Positions 1 to 13,642 of a DNA stretch of 64,000 nucleotides are shown one piece after another. The DNA is taken from positions 39,248,001 through 39,312,000 of the forward strand of contig CM119371.1 in NCBI GenBank assembly GCA_051294905.1. Reading direction: 5' to 3'. The notes beneath the pieces were generated by a model. It ran no database searches. It was not told the DNA's origin and saw only the letters and a list, made by a program, of their open reading frames with translations. The position numbers were made by a program, and so were the translations under genes. Origin of the DNA: Botryllus schlosseri. Its lineage: Eukaryota. Each line of letters starts with the position of its first letter. The stretch's first letter is position 1.

Positions 1-256
1 GCTGGCGCGATAGCAACTTAAATTTGAGGATTTTGAAAGGGGGTCCGAGCCCCTAATCCCGAATATGCCACTGTATTAAACTCTCGAAGACATGTTTCTG
101 CCACAAGAATAAGTATACTGGGTCGTGCTGAAGATTTAATAACAAGTTGCTGCAATATAGATAAATTAAGCACAAAAATAAAAATTTTGGAAAGAGCCAT
201 ATCTTATGCCCAAAAGAGCCATATATGGCTCGCGAGCCATAGGTTCCCGACCACTG
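1..256 (-). mobile_element. Truncated copy (window edge) of a hAT/Charlie-like non-autonomous element
   Basis: Ends in AGGTTCCCGACCACTG (241-256); reverse complement closely matches about 47998-48250 of the complete copy. Confidence 0.75.
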
Positions 257-719
257 CTGTAGACTGTATTATACACGATTCTATAAATAGAACGCATATA
301 ACACCGAGCCCACATCATGAATACCCCACATAACCTGACTCAAGATTCCTCTAATACATGCTATTCGGTAATCCTATAGTATACGACTAAGGATAATACA
401 GCAATAGTTGCTTCATCCGAAAAGTTGTCAGAAATCCATTCATTTAGACATGCCATGCTGATGCGTGCTTGCGACCATTCATGTTTATTGTAGGTTAGAA
501 CACTGCAAATACACACTAGCTCTACGTTATTACCATTCACCAAAGCCAGCTATTCCAAATTCAATGTAATTTTGCTAAATACCTTCATTTTCCGACCCTT
601 TTCCATAAGAGCTCATAGTAAGTTTGGCCGGCCTTGTTCTTTGTTTACATCCAGCTGCGGCGTGATTGGTTCGCGGCGTGATTGGTTTGTGTCATAGGTC
701 ACGTAAGTGTCTATTGGCG

Positions 720-968
720 GGATTGTCTTTAAACGATAGTAGATAGCAGCCAAAGACTGCGAGGCGGGCGGCGCGATAGTTCAGGCTAGCGACACGACAT
801 CTTGAGCACGAGGAGACCTTTTACCGACCTTTTACGAGGATACCTTGCGATTGCTAATCATTATACAATTAACGGTATTGTCTCTAAACGATATTAGATA
901 CCGTCCAAAGCCTGCGAGGCCGGCGGCGAATTAGTTTAGGCCAACGAACGGACATCTTGCACACGATG
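720..968. repeat. Diverged tandem duplication (about 90-bp homologous cores about 157 bp apart)
   Basis: ATTGTCTTTAAACGATAGTAGATA..GCGAGGCGGGCGGCG..GACATCTTG near 722 recurs as ATTGTCTCTAAACGATATTAGATA..GCGAGGCCGGCGGCG..GACATCTTG near 877. Confidence 0.7.
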
Positions 969-1362
969 CCTGTTACAGGTGCGATCTTTACATAGCCTAG
1001 GCCAAGGTGAGTGTCTGATTCCATAAACAAATCTAAGTCGCTTCGACATCTTCCTGTCTATTCATTGTATCGCATTTTTGTGGTGTTGTAGCGTACCGCT
1101 CCGTGATTAACCTATAATTACCCTCAGTGATCACTAATTGTGTTACTGCTACGTTTTGTTGTGTTGCACTATTTTATGCCAGTCGCTTTCCGTCACCGTC
1201 CGAGGGCAGTCGGCTTTTAGTCACCGTCGGAGGTGCAGTCGCTTTTAGTAACCGTCCGAAGAACATCGCCGTCGTATTTTAGTTGTTCTAATAAAAATAC
1301 ATTATCTACACCGAGCCGCGGACCAAGAAGAACGCGCGCCCTCGACGGAGCACGCTATAGTG

Positions 1363-2086
1363 CAGGGCTGGCCAACCTTTTCGGCCAAAGGGCCACATTC
1401 AAATGACGATCTTTTGCGCGGGCCACTATCCGCGCGAATCGCGAAAAATTTTTGAAGTACATAGGCCAATAATATTGTCACTTGACTATATTGCGAGCCT
1501 GCTGCATATCGCTGGGCTAAATTTGCGAGGACTGGGCTATTCGGCGCATGGACATTTCGATATCGAAAGCTGTGACCAACATGCGTCAATCATTTCGTGC
1601 CTAGGCTTCACGGTGGACGGTCTTACTGCGAGCGCAAACGCAAGGTCGCATATGTTGAACGACACTTTGTTTCGTAATCGCGAATATAGTTAGACTCAAT
1701 CTGATGCATTAGGTGTTCTTCCATTTTCACAAAAGAGCAACAATATTAAATACAAGAAATCGAGTGACAACATATTGCGCTAAGCTTGTAGAAAATTTTT
1801 ACCTTTGATAAATCGATCGCAAATTATTCTGCTTTATTGTGGTGTACGAAGATGCACCAATACGTGAATGGCTGATGGATCTGTCAATGCGTCAGAATTG
1901 ATATTTTAGTCATCACATCTCAAGTATTGCGGCCAGACTAATCAAATTTTGGGTTGGCCTTGCAAGCTCAAAATCTGTGCAATCCATTTTTGATGATATT
2001 AGAAATTTCGGAAATTACCTCGCGGGCCACTCAAAACCTTCTCGCGGGCCACATGTGGCCCGCGGGCCACGGGTTGGCCGGCCCTG
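1363..2086. mobile_element. hAT (Charlie-like) MITE
   Basis: TIRs CAGGGCTGGCCAACC / GGTTGGCCGGCCCTG; exact 8-bp TSD CTATAGTG at 1355-1362 and 2087-2094; subterminal GCGGGCCAC repeats. Confidence 0.9.
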
Positions 2087-2925
2087 CTATAGTGTATCGA
2101 ACTGATAAAATTGCTAATAAACCAATGGTGATGATGATTGCGCCTAGGCTAACGGTTATGTCATGCGCAACTGGTCTGTTGGAGATGCGACTGATTACGC
2201 AAGCGATTATATCTTGCGCAATGCGCATATGGCCTCTTGCATATGTATAAATTGCATATGCGTCTGTTCGGGCCTGTCGTTGACGCGATGAATTGGCGAG
2301 AATGGCCGCGCGCGAGTGTCTAGTGACCTATTTCGCTCGGCAAACCAACTCAGCAGGAGATCGCGTGCTTGTGCACACGACTCTCGTTGATTGGCAACAC
2401 GCTCTCCACTAATTGGCAGCGCGTTACACTTCATTATACGAATTACTAGGCGCGATGGCTGAAAGTGATGCGCGATTGGAAACAAACATGAAGATAGGTG
2501 TAATCTCAAGTTTTTTATTGAGGGATATTTTTTCAAGGTTTGTTGTACCCACCCCCTATTTTAGGGCAAAAAATCGTGAAAATTTTGCGCATTATACATG
2601 TAAAATTACGGTACTTACTTACTACCTTACTTGAGTAGATTTTAGCACTGTTGCTTCTATTTTTTAATTGCAGTAGTTTTGGGGTGTTTTCAAACAGACT
2701 ACTTCGGCTCGTATCTGAGCAGGTTTTTGTGTCAGTACTTCTACTTCTAATTGAGTAACTGCTTTGACTACTTTGACCGCCTCTGCCCCCGGTACTTTCT
2801 GTAAAATTGATATTATTAGGTATATTTTGACTCCTTATGATTTAATATCTGTTGATTTGATATATAACCATGTTTACTCATAAAACAGTATCAGTAATAT
2901 TTTATATATCCTTCACGAGTTATTA

Positions 2926-4583
2926 ATGATCATGGTTCGGATTGTTTCTCGAAACGTGGAGAGGCGTGCAGTGAGAATGATGGAGGAACTACATCGAATG
3001 AAGCAAGATAAGGATCATTGTGATTTCATAGTCCAAGTGGGAAATGATATCTATGACACCCACAGAAATGTCTTGTCGGCGGGTTCGGATTACTTTAGAG
3101 CCATGCTAAAGCACGACACAAAAGAAAGTAACGAAGGAAGAGTCGTATTTAAAGATGTAGATTCCGAGTGTGTAAAACATTGCATCGATTTTATCTATTC
3201 CAGTAAACTTGAGATGGCGGATGGAAAAATCGTTGAACTACTTCACGTTGCAATCATGATGCAGTTGGACGATGTAAAGCATGCGGTATCTGATATTTTG
3301 GCTGAATCAATTACTGTGGAGAACTGTCTCTCTACCAGAAATGTTGGGGATATGTATGGACTAGCTGCCGTGTCTAGAAAGTCTAGAATGTTTTTGCAAA
3401 GAAATATTATGGAAGTCGCAAACCAGGCAGGATTTGGAAGTGTTGATAAAAACGACATTATCAGCATTTTGAAGTCGGTGAAATTGAACTTATGGGAAGA
3501 AGAGAAACTTGAAGTGTTGCTCAAATGGATTGAGACAGATGGAAACAAGAAATATTTGGATGAATGTCTCGAATTGATCGTGTTTGACGAAATCTCTCCA
3601 ACAGTTTTGCAACAACTTCTAGAAATTCACCCCATTATCAGGAATGACTCCAAGGCTTACAAGTTGATCAGTGAACATCTTCAGGAAGCGTCGGTTAGAA
3701 TTGCCCAAACAAAAGAATTCATAATTCTTTTTGAGAACGGCACGGATTGTGTCCGATCACTTAACCCAGTAACCGAGAAAATCACCAAGTTTCACTCTGA
3801 AACGTTCAAGCATTTCATTCCTTTCACACCGATTTCTCTCGGCATGTATGTCTATATTTTATGCGATAATAAATCCTTTTACAGGCTGAATGTTCAAAGC
3901 AAAAATTCCAAATGGGAAAGGATGAACAATATGATTTGTTACCATGGATGCAGACCTCGCTCAGTTTCTCTGTCTGGATCAATTTTTGTTATCGGAGGAA
4001 GTAATCGTTCGAAAGCGGATGATGTGTCAAGTTTCTACCCTATGAGAAATCGTTATGGAGAAACGGATGCTGTGGAAAGATTCGACCCCTCAGTGAATAA
4101 ATGGTTTCTATACTGGAACATAAACCTAGTGCCATTTGCGATACAAGTCTTGTCTCGTTAAATGATTCCGTATATTGTGTTGGAGGTTATCGAGATGGTT
4201 TAGAGGTTTCTTCGTTCAGCAGATTCACTCCATCCTCGTCAGAGTGGGTTAACCTCGAACCAATGAGATACAAGGTGCATGGCTGTGGAGTTGTTGCAGT
4301 TGATCGAAATATATTTGTGACCGGCGGGCTTAGCGGAAAAGATACCCTCAAGAATGTAGAATGCTACGATGTTACTTCAGCTCAATGGACTTCATTGTCA
4401 TCAATGAATTTTTGTCATGGTTTCAATACTCCTTATCACATCGGCAACTGTATTTTTGTAGTGGATAGGTTGCACTCCGATGACATTGAAAAGTACGATT
4501 TATCGACCAAAAAATGGTGTAGCATAAAAAATGAAGCAGAGGGATATTACTCACTCAGAGGATCTGCAGTGGTGAAGCTATAG
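2926..4583 (+). pseudogene. Kelch-like (BTB-BACK-Kelch) protein, intronless CDS with a frameshift at about 4105-4106 (pseudogene or sequence error)
   Basis: BTB motif CDFIVQV..THRNVLSAGSDYFRAM, BACK-like ITVENC, Kelch repeats IFVIGG..VERFDPSVNKW, continuing in another frame as SILEHKP..VYCVGG..IFVTGG..VECYDVTSAQW. Confidence 0.88.
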
Positions 4584-5149
4584 ATCACCGTCTCTTCAAC
4601 TGAAATACGTACCAATATTTAGTGGACGCGAGATATTTAAACGTGGGGTCAAAACGTCTGCGAATAATGTGTAAACAAAAACGTGCATTCTTGATCTTGG
4701 AATGGTCTACTTTTGCTGAAACTTCACTCTGGTTTTTAGTAAGATTAGACGCACCATATTAGGGTTATTCATTTCGATCGGGTATAAGTTATACGGCAGA
4801 TCAACCAGATTTACAGCTCATTTGAGTGATAAAATTGCTGATTGTTGTAGTGACACATTTAAGAGTATTGTTTTAATGGTTTGAATGACAGGAACGAAGT
4901 TTTTCGGGTGATACAATCTCGCATACTATTTGAATCGGTCGAATCCAACCCATATCTAACCTCTATCCCTAACTGCGTCTTACATCTAGCCAGATGTGGC
5001 CAAGATGTAAAACGTGAGTAGTTTTTTTTCGGCAATTTGTTTTATTGGTATGTGATCAATTGTCTGTTGCTTAAGGTGTTGGGTCTTGTGTTGTCGGATT
5101 TGAACTGTACGTATTGTTTAATTCATTTGTTTCTTGTTACAGAATTAGG

Positions 5150-6500
5150 TGTAAAAGGCCTATCTCAAGGTCAGAACAATTTATTACACTTAGCGGATGT
5201 TGATGATTATGAACTTGCCACTGGTTCTTTGAAAGAGCTCAATGTGAAGCAGAAGAACACCGTTGCGGCTAAGCATGGATTACTGCCTGGCGAGGCTACA
5301 GACAGTTATGTCATTCGACTGAAGTCACATAGCAAAAAATGTGGGTGTCGGGCAGTTTCGGCTGAACAATATCTGTTGGAGCTGATTTGCGATGCCTTGA
5401 TCCCGGGATTGCAATGCAATCGCCATTAATCTGCCAGAGACATCGTGAAGAAAGCATGTTGACTTTCTGTGATGCCTGGAAGAAGACACACGCAATGGAA
5501 ATGTCTTTTAAGGGATCCTAAAGCTTACCAAACTACTTCGTCATGTGCCACAAGACTGCATGCGCCGAGACAACAAGGCGGGAATTATACCTAGTGTAAG
5601 GATGGGAGCCCTCGTCGAAAACCAACCTATTGGAAGCAGATCTGTTTCTTTTGTTGAGACGCTATACATCCCGGTATTAATTGCCCGGCAAGATCACTGG
5701 CCATTACTCGAAGGTATGTCAATCTCGCCTAGGAAATCGTCCACGTATCTATACGGAAAGGGCCTCAATACAAGGCCCTGTATCTCCTAGCATAGGAGAA
5801 ATAGAATTTGACCCGCGAATGACTCTATCAGCTACGGATCGGTCAGAATGCAATGTTAAGGTTGTCAATTTGAACGCTTCTTCATAAGATACTGGTTCTG
5901 GGGAATGTTTCATGGATCTACAATTTGGCGACGAATATAGAGAAAAATTGAACATCCAGCTAATCGTTGGTGCGGTTAGGGTAGCCGAGACTTCTATGCG
6001 CATGCTGGTTGAAGGTTAATACCTTGCTCGACACACCGCGGGGAGTAACAACTCTCGGAATCTTTCATTCCACATATTGATGACCTTGACGACTGATGTC
6101 ATCATCGGCCAAACAATATATTCAATTAACACAAACGCGCCACATTCACGTTTTCGTGTCTTATCAAGATAGAAAGTTCCGTATCCGAAACCAGTCAGTC
6201 ACCTTAACCATGATCGCCACCCAGTAGCCAACAAGCAACGGAGGTATTCGCGGGCAGATCTTGCTTTCATTGCAGAATAAATGCAACGTCTGCTTACTGA
6301 CAATCTTAGTGAGCCAAGTAGTTCGCCTTGGAGAGCCCAGGTACTCGTCAGAAAAGAAATATTCTACCAAACGACGAATGGTCATTGCCTACATCAGGAC
6401 AATAACCGGATTCACTCAACTTGACGCCTATAATCTGCCCAGCATTTACGATATTCCGAATAATCATACTCAGTATAAGCTTATCATCAACTCCAACTGA
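5150..6500 (+). mobile_element. Decayed Ty3/Gypsy LTR retrotransposon (gag and N-terminal RT fragments)
   Basis: Gag-like PGEATDSYVIRLKSHSKKC..ELICDALIPGL; RT-like PVANKQRRYSRADLAFIAE*MQRLLTDNLSEPSSSPWRAQVLV and KRRMVIAYIRTITGFTQLDAYNLPSI, with stops and frameshifts. LTRs not resolved. Confidence 0.8.
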
Positions 6501-8064
6501 ATCCGCGTGACCTCAGTTCAGCCGTTCTAGAGAGGAGAGACTAATGAAGGCTTTTCAAGCCTTAAAACTTCTCAATCTCGATTTCAAGGGTCGGTTACCA
6601 AGCGTTACTAAAATGGTTATTTCCCCACTATCGTCAATTAGTATTCACGATTTCCCTTTGTATTTTCTTATGCAGACATGTTCCTATTGCTCCTGTCTTT
6701 CCAGTCTTATGAATATTATTCGAGTTGCCGCGGTCCGTTAATCCACGGCCTTCGGGGTCCAAACGGCATTTATTAGTGGCGTGGGCATATTTATTATACC
6801 ACAACACCAATGAATAGCAAGAAACCACATGTATTTGCTTGTTCTGTATATCCAGGGTATAACATGACTAATAGCACATCGGAGATTGTATACAGGCTCA
6901 AGGTGACAATTGTGGCCCTTGGATGTAATGTCCATCAACACTTAATCCTTGCTCACACTCCTATTTCGAGGCAGGGATCGCGATCGATTCTTATGTCCAT
7001 GATTCGAGTAAAGGTGCCGTTTCAATAGACTCGTTAGGAAGCGTTTCGATTTGCATTGAAGAGGTTTTACAGTACAATATGTTACGGCACATTCGACACA
7101 TTATGTTATCCATCAAGATGATGACGAATAGTTATTGACTAAAGTGAAAGTGCTCATTTACACGCACGCATTACTGGAAGTAGCGCTTTACGGTCTCGGT
7201 GAGGCATGCACGCGTGATTCAGATACACTTAATTGACATCTCGTGTAGTGATACTATTTGCGAGACTCATTTGATTGAGCTCATAATTTCCGCTCGGCGT
7301 TAGGCCACAGATAAGACCGTAACGGCATACGCGACGTAATATGCGAGCTCCAGGACAATGCGCATCATGAGATCTGAAAAGTGATCAGTTGAGAAGATGT
7401 GACTTTGACAGCAGCCGTTATTGGCGACGAAGAAGAATGCGTATTATTAAAGTGTATTTCATAAGAGTTCTTCTTTCGGCAGCGTAGTGCTTTCGGATTT
7501 GCTCACAAAGTTTGTGTGGGGTAGAAACAACGTATATATTCATTACTGACCGTTTCTGCGAGTACTAACGAGTGCTACATTACACCGTATTAGAGCTTAT
7601 TACCGTCCGCTCATCACGTTTGGAAGGTATAGATATAGATATCTATAGGCTCCGTAATGATGGGATTTTCCTTTGCTACTTCGTATTACGGAGATCCACC
7701 GGACATCATTACATGATCCATTAGTATAATGTTAGGTGACCGGCGATGTTCCGTAAATTGTTTAGTCCGAATTTCACTGGTACAGATAGTAGATAAATTG
7801 TTGGGGTTACAAAAAACAACACATTTGGCTCAATTCCACCCAGCAGAATCGCTACAAACTCAAGTTGAATTTCAACAACTTCTGGAAGTAACAGTATTTA
7901 CGTTGATATAAATTTTGTAGGTGTTGAGATTGTTGTACAGTTGCTTGGTACATGCCTATTCATATTTATTACCTGTATGGCTTTTCGAGATAACACTCAT
8001 AACGTTTGTTTTCAACTGCGAGTTACGCGGAATGTGAGAGTTCCGACAGTACAACATATGTAAT

Positions 8065-8445
8065 TTGGGCATGCTACAGAAAACAGAAAAGCTGGCTAAG
8101 ACACTCAACGCCCACTACGATGCACTCCTCCGCTACGCACTCGGCATCCACCACCCGGAGCACATATCCACCAATGCTCTGCGCAGACTCACAAAAACAG
8201 TCCCATGCCGTTTGCTGGCTGCTGAACGACGCTTACGCTTAATCGGTCATCTAGTGCGGCATCAAGACGATCAACCAGCCGCCGCCATCATCAACCACAT
8301 TCCGACAGAGCCATGGCGCAGAGGTGGCTGGAATATGGCGCTCAACAATAGAGACCGAGCTAGCGCAACGCGGGCTATCGCTCGAAGACGCCCACGACCG
8401 CCCACGCTGGAGACGCTTGATAAGGCCCCAAAACTGATATCTTGA
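8065..8445 (+). mobile_element. RTE-like LINE ORF2 C-terminal fragment
   Basis: LLRYALGIHHPEHISTNALRR...RRLRLIGHLVR resembles the conserved post-RT region of RTE-clade LINEs. Confidence 0.7.
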
Positions 8446-11197
8446 TGTTCCTTTGTTTCCTGTTTTCTTTTGCCCTTTTATTTAATTGAAAGCGGATATA
8501 TATATATGCTACAATCCAGCATGCGATACCTGAACATGTGACTTTCTGAATTCCAAACTAACCCTAATCTATACCTTGCTCTATAACTTGACATCACCAA
8601 AACTATAATCTGTGTCGATGGAGTAGAGTATTAAAAGTGGAGGTAGTTTTAAATTTGAGGACATGGCAGTATGCATATAGTCATCAAATTGGTGAACTGC
8701 CACTGAATATTGATAAATACTTTTTTTAAGATACCTACCAACATCAAACAGGCCACCATTCTTGTACTAAATCCAATCATTGGTGTCAATATTTGGAGTA
8801 AGCTAACATATAATCTCCGTAATTTAGATTCTTGTTACTTCAAAAAACAATGTCTTGATTCTCTGATCTCAAACTACCGCTAAATTGTATTTGCACTGAC
8901 CTTATTTTATTATATAAGATAATTGTTCCATGGTCCTGTGTTTCGTTGTTCCTAAGTTTTTTTTCATTCTTAGTGATTAATTGTTACCCATCCGCTGGAA
9001 TCGTGCTTTGATATTCGTGTTGATTCATCACGTTGTAGATGAGATGCATATGCCAATTGAAACTGATCTGTTAGCGTGTGCGCGCAGGATATTCACGGTA
9101 TATTTACACCTAAACACCCACGAGCAATGCGCACAAGTTGTATAGCATTGCACTCAAGCTCAGACCTTGCAAAACACAGAAACACGATTAGGCACGGCAG
9201 AAGATCATTGTTCTGCAATGTGATCTTACGCCTAAGAACGTATTTACTATTGAAATTCTGCTGGTAATCATTGTGTGATCCTCGTGACACATTTCCTGCG
9301 CGATGAAAAGGCTTTCGTCCGCCATTCATTTCTTACCAACCAACGAGTCCTCACATAAATAGATAAATGCCGATCCTTTGCCAGGTCTGTCGAAATTCCC
9401 TATACGATGAGATAGGTTGCAAGGAATTTTCCCCGTTGTTTATACCGAAATTTACGCCATACGCACTGAGGCTATTACTGCCAGTCGAACCGCGCTAGGA
9501 AATCAATACGTAGCTGAGAGATTTGAGAAGAGGTCCATCATGTCGTCAGCTCTCATTTTAAGCTCGAACTCATTATAAATCAATGGTTCGACAGACATTC
9601 TCAAAGCAACCATCGTAAGCAGACATGGACAATTGGACAACTAGAAAATATCGAGCTTTTTAAAACTGGAATAAGATTATAATTCGAATTATAGCTATAC
9701 ATTTTTTGGAATTCGACTAGAATTCGACATATGGCTACACAGTTTTCAAGATTACAGTATTATTATTATAATTGCTGAATTCGCGATAACTTCTTAACTT
9801 GAATGAAAATCAGTTCATATCACATCAGAGTTCATTGTCATAAGCACGAGAAGGACAGATGTCTGCACAGCAAGCTAGGCTCGTTTCGCACTATACAGTG
9901 GTGCTGTAGCATTTTCAGGAAAACCACAAATTATATTCGATTTAAAATAGGAGCATATAGAAGCATTGCACAAGTTAGATTGGACTTAGAATTGGAGCCA
10001 AGACACATTTCACAAATTAGATTACCGGCATGACGATCCAATTAGTCTAAATTAGACCGCTAGAGCTATCTAGAACCTATCTAGATATAGTTGTAGAAGT
10101 CTGATCGTAAGAACGTTGCTGATTCCACGAGTCTTGTCGTTGTAGCATATGTGCCAACGTAGAATATAGAAGGACTGCTGCTATTACTGCTGATGGTTAA
10201 ATTATCGCTAAATCCTGATTCCAAAGACTGCCATCAGGTGTGCATCGAACTGCGTGTGCTCTGGATCGATTACGCTAATTCGGAGGATTTAATTGGAAAA
10301 GTCAACATTACTGATGTAATTCACTTAGAAATGAGGTTCTGTATCGTGCGATCTAACGTTACCTTGAAAATTTCCAAAATCTACGAACGAAACTGGTGGA
10401 CGAGGTGGGAGTAGTTTTATAAACATCATCTTTTATCATAATAAGTGTGGTTGTCGGCGTGATCTGACGAATTAACGTGACGCGAATCGAAGTTGAATTG
10501 CAAAATTTCATATAGCTCACAATTGTAAGTGTAAAATGATAGGTGGAATTTAATATCTGCATAGTGAGCTGCAGCGTATCTATTTCAGTACTAAGATGAG
10601 GTGTAATCCGTTTTCTAATATGAATTTTCTGCTTATGGAAAACAGAGCTTCTTGGAGGCACATAACTTCAATTTACAATTGAAAAGTATATTCATATTGA
10701 AATGAACCCGAATATTTTCGAATGACACTCGTCAGGGGTAATCGTCAGCAACTAGTAGAGAATTGGAAAGAACATAGTATATCAGCAATCGTATTTCGAA
10801 AACAATCTGTGGTGTAGGCTATTATTATCAGTATTAATAATGATTCCATCATTTCAAAGCACCGCAAGACTGCGATACAATGAAAAGATAGGAAGGTGTC
10901 GAATAGACTTGGAGTACTCGCTGAAATCAGACACCCACCTGGGCTTAGGCGACGTAAATAAGAGACCTGTACACTGGATGGAAGTAATGAACAGCTCAAA
11001 AAGACTATAGTGATGAATACGAATGGCGCATGTGTCGATAGGCGAAGTTGATATGTCAGATCGAGGTCCGGTCATTTTGGAGGTTCACTTGTCAGGATTT
11101 GGCCTGGAACTCAAAGTCAATTCTTTTCGCATACTAATGAAGCGTATTTCTCGGTAATTCCAATGTGCGTTACAGCATACAATATATTATCTTGCAT

Positions 11198-13382
11198 ATG
11201 ACGATGGCTTTGCCCAGTAAAGTCGTCGTGTTTACGTATTCCGTAACATTTCTGGTAGCTCTTCTGCCGCCACGCTGCGGAACAGTAAAATCTTGCGATC
11301 CATCCGTTAGAGACAGCTGTGGTTTCGGAGCGACATGTACTTCTGCCATGAAACTGGAACAGTTCAACTCACAGATGAACCCGGCACTGCACTTGTGCGT
11401 ATGCGAACCAAAGAGTTGCTTCGAATATCCGATGGATTTAACGTGCGCGAAAGTCCACAGTGAACCGAGGTGAGTGAAACTCTTAGGTTCAACATGTGAA
11501 GCCGAAGTATACACGGGTCATGACTCGTGAGTATTTAGGGGCCGAACGATATCGGGTTTTTGAGCGTATACCCATAAAACCGATTACTAGCACCTGCACC
11601 GATATCCCCAATATATTCTGCCGTTACTGAAAAAAATATGATATCCGTAGCTTGAAGTGCATTTCCGAAATTTCGGAGCATTTATTTGAACAGCCCTCGA
11701 GTTTACCGGACCACGGCCAGGCATATCGATCTCGCCTTTCGACGAATGCCACATCTTTTTGTCGCCGGTTCTTTCATAATATATTATTTTATTTCTCCTT
11801 CTGTGTGTATTAAGGGTGTTCAAAAATGATTATTTTTTCTCAAATTGCACTGGCTACTTGATGCAATAGTTAAATTACCTAATTGAAGTCTGCCCGCCAA
11901 AGTTGGTTCAACTCCAACCAGTAGCCGCATTGTTAGGAGAAAAGAAAGGTAATTATTTATTATATAAGAATAATTTTGTTGTTTCAAATTCTCTGTTTTT
12001 CCCATGAAATTGTTATAGAAATGATTCTCATCAAATTTGGCTCAATTCCAACCAGTGGAAGCGGATGAGTTATTGTAGTTGAAAAATTTGGATTTGAATG
12101 AAATAGTATTTACGGTGGCGAATTCTTTAATTATTTATGATAATTCTGCCCACAGTAAATACTCTGATTGGATATCTCAAATTTCGAACATCAATAAGTT
12201 TGTTTGTACTGGTTTGAATTGTGTAGAATTCGTTGTGCATGGTTTTATTAGACAATCTAACAATTTCATTCTGTAGCCATTAAATTTTTATTTATATTTA
12301 ATAAATCCAAACCTTTTGCTCTTATAGCAATGCCACAACAGATTGGAATTGAGTCAAAATTGGGGTGCAGCGTTGATTAGGTAACCTAATTATCAAGTAG
12401 CGTGCATGCCTCTTTTTTTACATCGCATAGGCCGTGCGGGTGTATGATTCCAAAGCTACTCCAAGTCGATTCGACATATTCCTATATTTTTATTTGAAAA
12501 GCTTCTTGGAGGTACAGAACTTCAATATACAATTGAATAGTATATTCACATTGAAATAAACCCGAATATTCTCGGCTGATACTCGTCAGGGGTGATCGTC
12601 ACAAACTAGTAGAGAATTGGAAAGAACATTGTAAATCAACAATCGTTTCACAATGTTGACGTCATATTTTGTGATACGATCGTGGATATACAATGCTCTT
12701 TCCAATTCTCTACTAGTTGCTGACGATTACCCCTGACGAGTGTCAGCCGAAAATATTGGGGTTTATATCAATATGAATATACTATCCAATTATATATTTT
12801 TATTGTATCGCAGTCTTGTGGGGTATTGTCATGATGAAATTGTTAATGATAATTTGATTGATTGATTGATTGATTGACATCTTTCCTACCATTGCTATGC
12901 TTGGAAATCAAATAAATGATAAAGGCTGCATCTTGACACCTGTAATCAGAAGTGGTCAGTAACGAAGTAGGCTACTTCTACTATATTATTATTCGAGTAG
13001 GTTTTGCCTCACTTACACCCGCAGTTGCTCAGGTGCTTATGATTCTACACTACTGACTTAACAGTTTTCAGTTTTTAAAGCAAAACTAGGCCCCAAAAAC
13101 GCACTTTTTACTTACTTGGAAATCACTACTTTTACTTGTACTCGAGTCGAAATGTACTACTTTAGCTCTACTTCTATTTGAGAACCAACGATGGGTACTT
13201 TAACCATCTCTGAGTGTAGTCACGCTTGAAGATGTCCGAATTTCGAATTTCCATGACGTGTTGTCTTACTGATTTGCAGGCTGTTTTTCAACCGGGAATG
13301 TGTCGCTATGAAAGAGTGTGAGAAGCAGAAGAGTGTACGAATCGTTGGCTTGAGAGAATGCAACGCCACCGCAACGACATAA
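11198..13382 (+). CDS. Small secreted follistatin/Kazal-domain protein, about 124 aa; exons 11198-11469 and 13280-13382
   Basis: Hydrophobic N-terminus, then CDPSVRDSCGFGATC..LCVCEPKSCFEYPMDLTCAK. Donor AG|GTGAGT at 11470 and acceptor TTTGCAG| at 13279 join in phase 2 to give RLFFNRECVAMKECEKQKSVRIVGLRECNATATT*, completing the Kazal cysteine pattern. Confidence 0.85.
12525..12797. repeat. Palindromic fold-back element in the Kazal-gene intron; half copy at about 10645-10800
   Basis: CTCGTCAGGGGTGATCGTCACAAACTAGTAGAGAATTGGAAAGA is mirrored by TCTTTCCAATTCTCTACTAGTTGCTGACGATTACCCCTGACGAG, centred on TGACGTCA near 12660. Confidence 0.85.
12947..13212. mobile_element. MITE with TACT-rich subterminal repeats (related fragments near 2600-2785 and 63490-63590)
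   Basis: Termini CAGAAGTGGTCAGTA / TACTTTAACCATCTCTG; repeated CTACTT and GAGTA motifs. Confidence 0.5.
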
Positions 13383-13642
13383 TATACAAACCTAGGAGTA
13401 GGCCTCTAGAGACTTTGCGTTAATGCAGTTGTTCCTAACCTTTGTTGACGAGCGGAACACTTAACGGCAATCTTCAAGACTCCACGGAACCCCAGATATC
13501 CTGATTCATCAAACCAAAACCCGCCGCAATACATATCGTAAACATTACTAGAGGTTATTGGTGTACAAAATGATCTTTGTGGAAAATGTATGGCCTGCAT
13601 CGACAAAGTGTCAAAATAACAAAACCATTTAAACATACATAT

